From: an uncultured Candidatus Peribacteria bacterium
GTDB taxonomy: Bacteria; Patescibacteriota; Gracilibacteria; Peribacterales; Peribacteraceae
Length of the DNA: 64,000 bases
Assembly (NCBI GenBank): GCA_964603635.1
Contig: CAZRVH010000001.1
Location: forward strand, 51,386-115,385
Reading direction: 5' to 3'
Position numbers and translations under genes: made by a program. Below, one piece after another: positions 1-8,691 of the stretch (its first letter is position 1; each line of letters begins with the position of its first letter). The notes under the pieces are model-generated. The model did no database searches. It was not told the origin of the DNA and was given only the letters and a program-made list of their open reading frames with translations.

Positions 1-255
1 TTGCGTACCAGGGTACATATTTCTACCAAACATTCGTGCTCTCCCCGTACTCCGTCGCGACCTGTGCGAGTTGTTTGGTTTCGAGCAGGCGTTTCGTGAA
101 TGTGTTCGGCATCCTGACGTTTCTCGCGGCGATCGTATCGTATCGGTTCTTCCAGGCGAACTTCGTGTCGGTGTGGTGTTTCTTTTCCGCCGTGCTGAGC
201 GTTTTGATGTATTGGCATTTCCGTTCGTCGAACTCCAAAAAGTCCTGATACGCTT

Positions 256-732
256 TTGCAAGGGTCCTTTGCGATGTACCATACGGCTCGTATGAACATG
301 TTCAAGCCGACCAAGGCGAAGACCGTGAAGGAATATCTTGCGGCAGTCCCGCCCGAACGAAAGGAGCTCATGGATTTCATGCACGCGTTCATCCAGAAGA
401 CCGCGCCCTCGCTGAAGCCGCATTTTGCCGCGAACATGCTGGGATACGGATCGTTTCCCTACAAGAGTTCCGGCATGAAGAAGGAGATGGAATGGCCCGT
501 CGTCTCGCTGGCCAACCAAAAACAATACGTCAGCCTGTACGTGTGTTCGGTCGTGGACGGAAAGTATGTCGCCGAAACGCATAAGAATGAACTTGGCAAC
601 GTCAGCGTCGGAAAGAGCTGCATCCGTTTCAAGAAGCTGGAAGACCTGGATCTCGACGGGCTGAAGAAGGTATTGAAAATCGCCGAGAAGCAACCCGGTC
701 TCGTCGGCGTGGGGGCAGGTAAGAAACGCTGA
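256..732 (+). CDS. DUF1801 (YdhG-like) domain protein
   Basis: 158-aa ORF. 'KTVKEYLAAVPPERKELMDFMHAFI' and C-terminal 'SCIRFKKLEDLDLDGLKKVL' fit the DUF1801/YdhG pattern. A paralog lies at 12958-13371. The true start may be the internal ATG at 292 or 298. Confidence 0.65.
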   Translation: MQGSFAMYHTARMNMFKPTKAKTVKEYLAAVPPERKELMDFMHAFIQKTAPSLKPHFAANMLGYGSFPYKSSGMKKEMEWPVVSLANQKQYVSLYVCSVVDGKYVAETHKNELGNVSVGKSCIRFKKLEDLDLDGLKKVLKIAEKQPGLVGVGAGKKR

Positions 733-783
733 CGCATGCACGGATATCCGGGCCTTTTTTCGCGGCCGTGCTATCATCGCGGC

Positions 784-2124
784 ATGCAATACGCATCCGT
801 CGCCATCGCTTCCCTCATCGCTCTTTTTCCCGTCGCGGCCGTCGCGGCATCCGAGCCGACCGATGCCATGAAGACATCCACCGTGTTCATCGCGAATTAC
901 GATGATGAAAACGCATTCGTCGGATGGGGTTCGGGATTCTTCGTTGACGAAGGGATCGTCGTGACGAACAAGCACGTGATTTTGGGCGGGGATTGGTACC
1001 GAGTGTATGCGACCGGCGCGGATCATAAGGTGAATATGGACTGTTTCAAAAAAATCACGCGCAGCGACGTGAAGATCAACCTGGAAGACGACGTGGCATA
1101 TATGCGCGTCTATCTGCCCTGCGAGCACGGCACGATGCTCTTCGCTCCGGACCCGCAGGAAGGCGATCCGGTTGCCGTCATCGGGTATCCCTACCGGGGA
1201 ACATTCGAAGCCTCCGTCGCATTGGGCGTTGCGACCGGCGCGGTGACGGGGCATACGTACGAAGGATGGCTTGGCACCGACGCCCATCTGGATTTCGGGA
1301 ATTCCGGAGGCCCGGTGGTGAACGAGTCGCAGGTGGTGGGAGTGGCGGTCGCGAAAGAGGTCGATGCCGAGGGGGGTTATGTCACGGGTTATTTCATCCC
1401 GTCGTCCGTCATCCTGGACGGGCTCCTGTATGCGAACGATCCGCGCTTCGGTTACACGCCCCAGAGCTCCTTCTCGTCCCGCGCAGGCATATCCCGTTCG
1501 TCGGCACGCACGAGTTCGGCCGTTTCCCTTGCATCCGCTTCGTCCTCTGTCAGTAGCAGCGGCATGCCTTCTTCCGAATCTTCACGCGCATCGTCCCGTT
1601 CGTCGGCATCGGCCGTTTTTCCCGACGTGCGTCCCTCCCGCGCCGGGTATGACGCGATCCTCTCCTTGTACGAAGAGGGAATCATCAACGGCTATCCCGA
1701 CGGCACGTTCCGTCCGAACGCGGGCATCAACCGCGCGGAGTTGGTCAAGATCCTCATGCTCGGTTTTCATGACCAGAAAATCTTGGGGGAGACGGATTGC
1801 TTCGCCGATGTCGGGGAAGAATGGTTCGCGCCGTACGTATGCGCCGCGAAAAGACTCGGATGGATCGGCGGCTATGACGACGGCACGTTTCGCCCTTCGC
1901 AGAACGTGAACCGTGCCGAAGCGATCAAGATCGTCACGGAAGCATTCGGGGCGCCGACTTCGCGCCTGACGGGCGTGCCTGCGGACGTGGAGCCGGGCAC
2001 CTGGTTTCATCCGTTCGTGGCCAAGGGCATCCTCATCGGCATCGTCGGACAGTCCGAACCTTTCCGGCCGTCGGACAACCTGACGCGCGAAGAAGCGGCG
2101 ATGTGGATCGAGGCGGCGGAGTAG
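784..2124 (+). CDS. secreted trypsin-like (S1) serine protease with C-terminal SLH domains
   Basis: Signal peptide 'MQYASVAIASLIALFPVAAVAA' from the ATG at 784. Catalytic triad context: 'VVTNKHV', 'DVAYMRV', 'GNSGGPVV'. A Ser-rich linker is followed by SLH repeats ('INGYPDGTFRPNAGINRAELVKIL', 'GGYDDGTFRPSQNVNRAEAIKIV'). Confidence 0.85.
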   Translation: MQYASVAIASLIALFPVAAVAASEPTDAMKTSTVFIANYDDENAFVGWGSGFFVDEGIVVTNKHVILGGDWYRVYATGADHKVNMDCFKKITRSDVKINLEDDVAYMRVYLPCEHGTMLFAPDPQEGDPVAVIGYPYRGTFEASVALGVATGAVTGHTYEGWLGTDAHLDFGNSGGPVVNESQVVGVAVAKEVDAEGGYVTGYFIPSSVILDGLLYANDPRFGYTPQSSFSSRAGISRSSARTSSAVSLASASSSVSSSGMPSSESSRASSRSSASAVFPDVRPSRAGYDAILSLYEEGIINGYPDGTFRPNAGINRAELVKILMLGFHDQKILGETDCFADVGEEWFAPYVCAAKRLGWIGGYDDGTFRPSQNVNRAEAIKIVTEAFGAPTSRLTGVPADVEPGTWFHPFVAKGILIGIVGQSEPFRPSDNLTREEAAMWIEAAE

Positions 2125-2182
2125 CGGCGCAACCCAGTGATTCTTTCTCGCTTGGCCCGAAGCGCGGTGTTATAGTTCGGAC

Positions 2183-3091
2183 ATGCAAAAAATCGTTCCC
2201 CATCTCTGGTTCGACAAAGAAGCGAAGGAAGCGGCCGAATTCTACGTGTCCGCTTTCGGAGGCGATTCGAAAATCACGAGTGCGACCGTCCTGAAGAACA
2301 CCCCGTCCGGCGACTGCGATGTCATGGGGTTCGACCTGCGCGGATTCTCCTTCATGTCCATCAGCGCGGGTCCGTACTTCAAACTGAACCCGTCCATTTC
2401 CTTCATGGTCAACTTCGATCCCTCGGCGGATCCCGAGGCGCGCGAGCATCTCGATGACTTATGGCAGAAGCTTTCGTCGGGTGGAAAGGAGCGTATGCCA
2501 TTGCAGGAGTATCCGTTCAGCAAGCGATACGGTTGGATCGAAGACAGGTACGGCGTGAATTGGCAGCTCATCCTGACGAACCCGGAAGGGGAACCGCGTC
2601 CCTTTATCGTCCCGTCGCTGATGTTTACGAAAGACGCGTACGGAAAGGTCGATGAGGCGATCGATTTCTACGTCTCCGTGTTCAATGATGCGAAACGCGG
2701 CCAGACAGCCAAGTATCCCGCCGGCATGGAGCCGGACGAAGAAGGAAAGATTATGTTCGCCGATTTCCAACTGGAAGGGCAGTGGTTCGCGGCCATGGAA
2801 AGCGCGCGCGAGCATGAATTCTTTTTCAACGAAGCGGTTTCCCTGCTCGTCCGTTGCGAGGACCAGGCGGAGATCGACGCATACTGGGAGAAGCTGTCCG
2901 CCGTGCCCGAAGCCGAGCAATGCGGATGGCTGAAGGACGCATACGGGGTGTCATGGCAAATCACTCCCAAGGATTTGGGCGCCATGATGGGTGGCGGAGA
3001 CCAGGCAAGGGCTGATCGCGTGACAAAGGCCTTCCTCGGCATGAAGAAGTTTGATATCGCCAAGTTGCAGGAGGCCGCGGAGGCAAAGTAG
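2183..3091 (+). CDS. tandem VOC / PhnB-like (3-demethylubiquinone-9 3-methyltransferase-domain) protein
   Basis: 302 aa. N-terminal 'KIVPHLWFDKEAKEAAEFYVSAFG' and a second half ('FIVPSLMFTKDAYGKVDEAIDFYVSVF ... GWLKDAYGVSWQI') repeat the PhnB/glyoxalase-like signature twice. Confidence 0.75.
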   Translation: MQKIVPHLWFDKEAKEAAEFYVSAFGGDSKITSATVLKNTPSGDCDVMGFDLRGFSFMSISAGPYFKLNPSISFMVNFDPSADPEAREHLDDLWQKLSSGGKERMPLQEYPFSKRYGWIEDRYGVNWQLILTNPEGEPRPFIVPSLMFTKDAYGKVDEAIDFYVSVFNDAKRGQTAKYPAGMEPDEEGKIMFADFQLEGQWFAAMESAREHEFFFNEAVSLLVRCEDQAEIDAYWEKLSAVPEAEQCGWLKDAYGVSWQITPKDLGAMMGGGDQARADRVTKAFLGMKKFDIAKLQEAAEAK

Positions 3092-3124
3092 GGGGTGTGC
3101 ATCCGACGCGCGTAGGGTACCATC

Positions 3125-3502
3125 GTGCATATGGCTCATTACGCATGCAAAGGCACCTGCGGGGATTCCCTGCCGCAGATGGGAATCTGCGAAACGCAGG
3201 GCTGTTCGGCCCGATGGGAAATGATGGAGGAATGCGCGTGCACGGACGGGAATCACGGGAAGTCCGCCGCGGACGAGGGGGTGATCGAGGCGATCCCGAA
3301 AGACAGCAATGGAATCGTATTGAACGACGGCGATACAGTGGTGCTGATCAAGGATTTAAAACTGAGGGGATCCTCATCCGTGCTAAAGGTCGGGACCAAG
3401 GCATCCAATATCAGAAGGACGGACAACGCCGACGAAATCGATTGCAAAATAGGAGGCACGGCGATCGTGCTGCGCTGCGAATTCGTGAAAAAACTGGGAT
3501 AG
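3125..3502 (+). CDS. PhnA-domain protein with Cys-rich N-terminus
   Basis: C-terminal 'DSNGIVLNDGDTVVLIKDLKLRGSSSVLKVGTKASNIRRTDNADEIDCKIGGTAIVLRCEFVKK' matches the PhnA C-terminal domain. The N-terminus is Cys-rich ('YACKGTCGD..CETQGC..ECAC'). Confidence 0.7.
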   Translation: MHMAHYACKGTCGDSLPQMGICETQGCSARWEMMEECACTDGNHGKSAADEGVIEAIPKDSNGIVLNDGDTVVLIKDLKLRGSSSVLKVGTKASNIRRTDNADEIDCKIGGTAIVLRCEFVKKLG

Positions 3503-4585
3503 GAACGCTGTGGTTTCTGTCTCCAAAGCGCAAGGTATCTTGCATGGCTTCGCGTAAGCCGATCGACCGCATGATGACGGCTTTCCCGGGATGAACATAT
3601 TGATATCGCGAAATTGCAGGAGGCTGCGAAAGGACTGCTTTAAGCCATTATTCGCCTATTCCATGGCATCCGATGCACAGGATCGGCGGCGTCAACCGAC
3701 GTTGCGTCGCACGCGACGCACATGACTCGGTGGATTGCGATGCCTCTCTTTTCTGCGTGATGAATTCATCCATATACTCCGCATTTTTTTTTGCACTGAC
3801 GATCCTTTTTTCGACGGTCCGAAGCACGTCCCGCCGTCCGCTTTCGTCCCGCTGGCGTGCGCGTGCCCCAACGTCATGTCGCGCCTGTGTTTCGAGAAGC
3901 ACATCGTGATTTTTTTACGATTGCCGGGCGCATTTTCATTCCGCCCCCCGTTTCTTCGCATCGCATTTTCCGATCTGCGCGGCATCCGTTTTTTTCCGCC
4001 CATCGCATCTGCACCCGTGTCGCGTCTTTTTTTCGTAGGGCTTTTTTTGGCTTCCCATAGATGTTTGCAGAGAATCAAGAACGGGCTCGCGCCGGATCAT
4101 CACGTTTCTCCGAGCGACGGCGGGACGATGCGAAAACATATCCGCCGTTTTCTCGCGCAGTGATGCGCACGGGGGTTTTTTCATATTTCATTCCCGCGCG
4201 AGGCGCCTGTTTTTTCGAAATTTTTTCAGGATGCCGACGCGTGCGATGCTTCGTCGTTCCGGAAATATTTTCTTCCGATGCAGCACCGGCCGGCATGCGA
4301 TTGTGCACGCGGTGCGCATGTGAATAGAGCGTGCGAATCATGTCCGCGCACGGCGGCGGTCGCCCCGCAAAAAACGGCGCGCATACGGTGGAAAAACGTG
4401 ATGTCGAACATGGTCCGGGAGCAAAACCTGCTTCCTGCCGGACCGTCCGGCACCGTTTGGCGGTTTCCCAATTTGGTTTTATACGACACTGTTCCGTCGA
4501 TGGATCGAAAGGGGTAAAAGCGTTGTTTTGCCCTTTCCCTCCGCATTTCTGGGCTTAATTGAGGGTGGTAATTTTACATAAAATT

Positions 4586-4594
4586 TGCTATAAT
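4586..4594 (+). promoter_or_regulatory. extended -10 promoter element (TGCTATAAT)
   Basis: TGnTATAAT lies 29 nt upstream of the ATG at 4623. The same TGCTATA(A/C)T element recurs at 7335 and 28096. Confidence 0.5.
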
Positions 4595-4622
4595 GATGTG
4601 ATTGTCAAATACACACACATTC

Positions 4623-5600
4623 ATGGGTCGTAGAATCGCCGCGTTTGCGCTTGCGGTTGGTCTTATGTGTCTGCCCGCCGCCGCCATCCACGCACAAGGG
4701 TACCAGCTTGATTTCGACAGCATGCAAACGGATGTGTCGGAGCTCTCCGGCGGCGATGTTATTTTGCAGGGGGGAACGTCGCCGCAACAGACGTTCGCAA
4801 CCGCCGACAAAGCTCAACTGCTGCCCCTGGCCGCGATCGCCGCATGCGGAAACGGTATGCGCGAAGAGGGCGAGGCGTGCGACGGCGAGGATCTCGGTTC
4901 GGCGACGTGCGCGTCCTTCGGCTTCCGTACGGGAACGGTGTCATGCAGCCTCGCATGCTCGGTTGTCACGTCCGAATGCAGTGATCCGATCGTCAGCAGT
5001 TCCTCCTCGTCATCGAGCGCGTGGCATCCGTCGCCTTCGTCTCCGGAAAGCCATTCTTCGGCACGTACGGGCGGCGGCGAAAGAGGCGTTCCGGCGATTC
5101 CCGGCACGCGCGACGAGGGTGCCGGCAACAGTTCGGGCAGGAGTGGCGGCGTGTCCTCCCGCATGTCTTCCGCGGAACGCGCGTCCCAGCCGTCTTCTTC
5201 GGCATTGTCCTCCGCAATGACTTCGGAAGAGGGCGCATCCGACGATGGTGCGGGACAGGATCCGGATGCATCTTCCTCCGACGATGCCTCGGCTTCCGGC
5301 GGAATCAACCCGGGAGTTCCTTCCGGGATGCACGGCGCGTCGCCGACGGATGGTCGCGATGCCGCGGGCCCGAACGTATTTTTCGCGGCGCTCCTCGCGC
5401 TTGCGGCGGCCGTCATGGCCCCTCTCGGATGGACGTATCGCGCCGTGATCATGAACATGCCCGTTCGCGCATACCGATCCTGGACGAAAACCGTCGGAGG
5501 CAAGACTTCTTCCGCGCGGTCCCGCTCGGCGCGGACGTCCCCGGTCACGTTGCGCAAGCGTCGCATGCCGAATAAACCTTCGTCCGCGTCACACTCGTGA
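4623..5600 (+). CDS. secreted Cys-rich / Ser-rich protein with C-terminal membrane anchor
   Basis: Signal peptide 'MGRRIAAFALAVGLMCLPAAAIHAQG'. Cys-rich module 'CGNGMREEGEACDGEDLGSATCASFGFRTGTVSCSLACSVVTSEC'. A long S/G/D-rich linker, a hydrophobic helix 'VFFAALLALAAAVMAPLGW' and a basic tail follow. The stop overlaps the GTG start of the next gene (GTGA). Confidence 0.7.
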   Translation: MGRRIAAFALAVGLMCLPAAAIHAQGYQLDFDSMQTDVSELSGGDVILQGGTSPQQTFATADKAQLLPLAAIAACGNGMREEGEACDGEDLGSATCASFGFRTGTVSCSLACSVVTSECSDPIVSSSSSSSSAWHPSPSSPESHSSARTGGGERGVPAIPGTRDEGAGNSSGRSGGVSSRMSSAERASQPSSSALSSAMTSEEGASDDGAGQDPDASSSDDASASGGINPGVPSGMHGASPTDGRDAAGPNVFFAALLALAAAVMAPLGWTYRAVIMNMPVRAYRSWTKTVGGKTSSARSRSARTSPVTLRKRRMPNKPSSASHS

Positions 5601-7309
5601 AGAACCGCATACTTTGCTCACTGGCCGCGATGATGATGATCCTGACGGCTCAGCCCGTACGGGCCCAGACCGTGCCGTCCTCGCTGCTGTACGAGGGCAG
5701 GATCCTGGACGCGACGCGTTCTCCCGTCACGAGCGCAGTCGTCATGCGCTTCTCGCTTTGGAAGAGCGCGGATTGGAGCGTATCCGATACGTCCGGCGGA
5801 GCGATCAACGTGTCGTCGGCGAATTACGCCGGTTGGTACGAATACCAGACGGTCACGCCCAGTGCGAACGGCATCTTCAGCATCCCGCTCGGAAACGCGG
5901 TGCCGCTTCCCGTCATCGATTATTCGATCCACAAATTCCTCCAGGTGGAAGTGAAGGCCGTCGGGGAAGGGGATGACGCGTACGTTCTTTTGGATCCCAC
6001 GGGAGATGCCGGAGCGGACGCGACGGATCGCAAGACGATCGCTTCCGTCGCCTATGCGAAAAACGCGGAAAGCGTCGGCAACAGGACCGTCGGAACCGGA
6101 TCGGGCAATATCCTGATCCTCGGTCCGGACGGAAAAATCGACGCGGCCCGCATGGGCAACGGAACCGATTCCCAGGATTTCACCATCAACGCGTCCGCCG
6201 CTTCCGGAGACGCCTCCCTCATTTTCGGCAACGAGTTGCAGGATGAAACGATCCGGTTCTCCGAAACCGAACAGCGTTTCGAGTTTTCCGACGATGTCTT
6301 CGTCGAGGGAAACCTGACCGCATCGGGAGCGTTGTCCACCGATGCCGGCATCACCATCAACGCCGACGATGCGGATGAGGATGCCATCCTCACCTTCGGA
6401 AATATCCTGGCGGAGCAGACACTGAGGTTTTCCGCGGAAAACCAGCGGTTCGAATTTTCCACGGACGTACACGTCGAGGGTGATCTTACGGTCTCGGGAA
6501 CGATCAACGGCGTGAACATCAGTTCCGTCGCGCTCAGTCCTTTGCAGGCATCCGCCGCCGGGGGATTGACCATAGACGTGGCCGCGGGCAACTACCGCCT
6601 GGGAAACAACGTCGTCGAATTCGCCGGCGCATCGGACTATCCCGTGCCCCCCGAAGCGGTCAGTTACGTCTTCTTCGGATCCGGCGGCCTGACGGTGCGT
6701 ACCATGCCGTTCCCGACGGACGAATCCTACATTCCGGTCGCCGTCGTCACGGCCTCTATAGAGGAAGTCACCGACGTCACCGACCGGCGCGTCGCGCAGT
6801 CGGATACGCGCGAACAGGAAACGAAGGCTTCGATCACGCCGGAATACGACAAAGCCACCTATCAGGGCGACGCGACCGACAACATCGGCATGCTGTCCGT
6901 TTCCCATGACAATATCAGCAAGCGGAATTACTACCTTTGGACGTCGGAAGAAGCGACGTTGCAGGATTACGATATCTTGGTGCGCGCCATGCTGCCCGCG
7001 GACTTCGCGGGATGGAAACAGGGGGTCGCGCCGGTGTCGATCGAATACAGGTCGACCTCCGCCTCCGCCGCCAACAGCGCCGTGGATATCGCTTTGTTCG
7101 ATACGAACGGCACCCCCGTATCGCTCCAGTCGCCGCTGACAGGCTTGGCCTCCACGTCCTGGACCACGGCGAACGCGCTCTTCGCAGGAAGCGGCACATG
7201 GACGCCCGGCAGCGAATTCCTGATCAAAATACACCTTTCGGCAAAGGAAGATTTCCAGATCCACGTCGGGTCCATCTTCCTTGAATACATCCGGCTGGGA
7301 GGTGGATAA
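5597..7309 (+). CDS. secreted repeat protein (paralog family, 2 copies of the FGN..QTL..NQRFEFS module)
   Basis: Signal peptide 'LAAMMMILTAQPVRAQ'. Two tandem ~53-aa modules ('ASLIFGNELQDETIRFSETEQRFEFSDDVFVEGNL', 'AILTFGNILAEQTLRFSAENQRFEFSTDVHVEGDL'). The C-terminal region is paralogous to that of 7369-8649. Confidence 0.8.
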   Translation: MKNRILCSLAAMMMILTAQPVRAQTVPSSLLYEGRILDATRSPVTSAVVMRFSLWKSADWSVSDTSGGAINVSSANYAGWYEYQTVTPSANGIFSIPLGNAVPLPVIDYSIHKFLQVEVKAVGEGDDAYVLLDPTGDAGADATDRKTIASVAYAKNAESVGNRTVGTGSGNILILGPDGKIDAARMGNGTDSQDFTINASAASGDASLIFGNELQDETIRFSETEQRFEFSDDVFVEGNLTASGALSTDAGITINADDADEDAILTFGNILAEQTLRFSAENQRFEFSTDVHVEGDLTVSGTINGVNISSVALSPLQASAAGGLTIDVAAGNYRLGNNVVEFAGASDYPVPPEAVSYVFFGSGGLTVRTMPFPTDESYIPVAVVTASIEEVTDVTDRRVAQSDTREQETKASITPEYDKATYQGDATDNIGMLSVSHDNISKRNYYLWTSEEATLQDYDILVRAMLPADFAGWKQGVAPVSIEYRSTSASAANSAVDIALFDTNGTPVSLQSPLTGLASTSWTTANALFAGSGTWTPGSEFLIKIHLSAKEDFQIHVGSIFLEYIRLGGG

Positions 7310-7314
7310 AAAAC

Positions 7315-7343
7315 TTGATTATAAATAGAAAAAATGCTATACT
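7315..7343 (+). promoter_or_regulatory. sigma-70-type promoter (TTGATT-17 nt-TATACT, with TGc extension)
   Basis: TTGATT at 7315-7320, a 17-nt spacer, then TATACT at 7338-7343 preceded by TGC. It lies 26 nt upstream of the ATG at 7369. Confidence 0.55.
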
Positions 7344-7368
7344 AATTCGATACCTACCACACACATAT

Positions 7369-8649
7369 ATGAACATGTTCTTCTATCCCAGGTCTGCTTC
7401 CCGCGTCACCGCCGCGGTGATCGCCGTCGCCGCTCTCGTCATGGGGAACGGTAGCGTCGCCTTCGCCGCCAACTCGTGGAACCCCACGCTGCTGGTGAAC
7501 ACGCAGGCGCATCAGACCATCGAGGAAGGCAACGGTTCGAGTAACATCGAGCTTCGCTTCGGGGGAGTCCTCAACGAGAAACTCTACTTCGATCGTGCCA
7601 ACAGCAGGTTTACGTTCAGCAATTCGTTGCGCGTGAACGGGAACATTTCCGCCACCGGAAGCATGTCCGGCGCCTCGCTCAACGTGAACGGCGCGGCGGT
7701 GGTGGGCGGCACGACGACGCTTAACGGGGCCGCGACGGTCAACGCGAACGTGAAGGTACGCGGCAACCTCTCCGGCTCCACGCTCCGCGTGGACGGTGCC
7801 GCGAGCGTCGGCGGCGGTTTGTCCGCGACGGGTGCATTGAGGTCGGGAAGCGATATCACCATCAACAGCGACAACGATACGAACGATGCCTCCCTGACGT
7901 TCGGTAACCAGACGGCGGCGCAGACGCTTAAGTATTCCAACGCCAACCAGCGCTTCGAATTCAGCAAGGATATCAAGGTGACGGGCGGCATCCGCGCCTC
8001 CGGCAACCTCTCCGGTTCCACGTTGACGGTAGACGGGGCGTTGAATCTCCGCGGTATCAACTACAACGCGCCTACCGCCCAGGGAGCCGCGAATACCTAC
8101 CTGAAAAACGACGGCGCGGGAAACCTGTCTTGGCAGACGACGGCCGCCGCGAACGGAAGCGGAGGTTCGCTGTCGCTCCATCCGCAGTATCCCAACGCCG
8201 TTTATACGCAGAGCGGATCCAATGCCGTCGGTACGCTGACGCAGGGGGCCGATACCACGAACAAGGAATTGTTCTACCGTTGGGCCACGGAAGAAACGGG
8301 GATCCAGGATTACTGGACGTGGGTACGCGTGAAGGTTCCGAAGAACTTCAACAACTGGACGCCCACTCCCATCCAGTTCCGTTACAGGACGGCCTCCACG
8401 TCGGCCGCGGTCAACTACCTGAACGTGCGCCTTCTGGATACCACCGGTGCCAACGTCGCGATCACCGGAGGTTCCAACCTCGTCAGCAGCGTGGCCGACA
8501 CCTGGGCCACCGCGACGCTCGGGAACGTGGCGAGCGGAACGTACACTCCGGACGGATTCATCACGATTCTCATCAAGGCGGCCACGACCAGCGCCGGATC
8601 CGCCGACGCGGGATACATCAACATTAACTGGTCCACGACGACTCCGTAA
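7369..8649 (+). CDS. secreted repeat protein (paralog family)
   Basis: Signal peptide 'AAVIAVAALVMGNGSVAFAANSW'. Shared N-terminal motif 'NSWNPTLLVNTQ'. Module 'ASLTFGNQTAAQTLKYSNANQRFEFSKDIKVTGG'. Beta-helix-like 'V.G.LSGS.L.VDGA' repeats. Confidence 0.8.
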   Translation: MNMFFYPRSASRVTAAVIAVAALVMGNGSVAFAANSWNPTLLVNTQAHQTIEEGNGSSNIELRFGGVLNEKLYFDRANSRFTFSNSLRVNGNISATGSMSGASLNVNGAAVVGGTTTLNGAATVNANVKVRGNLSGSTLRVDGAASVGGGLSATGALRSGSDITINSDNDTNDASLTFGNQTAAQTLKYSNANQRFEFSKDIKVTGGIRASGNLSGSTLTVDGALNLRGINYNAPTAQGAANTYLKNDGAGNLSWQTTAAANGSGGSLSLHPQYPNAVYTQSGSNAVGTLTQGADTTNKELFYRWATEETGIQDYWTWVRVKVPKNFNNWTPTPIQFRYRTASTSAAVNYLNVRLLDTTGANVAITGGSNLVSSVADTWATATLGNVASGTYTPDGFITILIKAATTSAGSADAGYININWSTTTP

Positions 8650-8691
8650 TGACGGGAAAGATCCTTCTCCTTTGATTCGCGAACACATCCC

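Noticed and set aside
23-238. A 71-aa minus-strand ORF at the window start. Also small ORFs at 24995-25246 (two-TM) and 46871-47059 (TM plus CxxC...CC..C).
   Set aside because: They have no recognisable family, no clear ribosome-binding site and short length. They may be real small proteins, but the sequence alone does not support a call.
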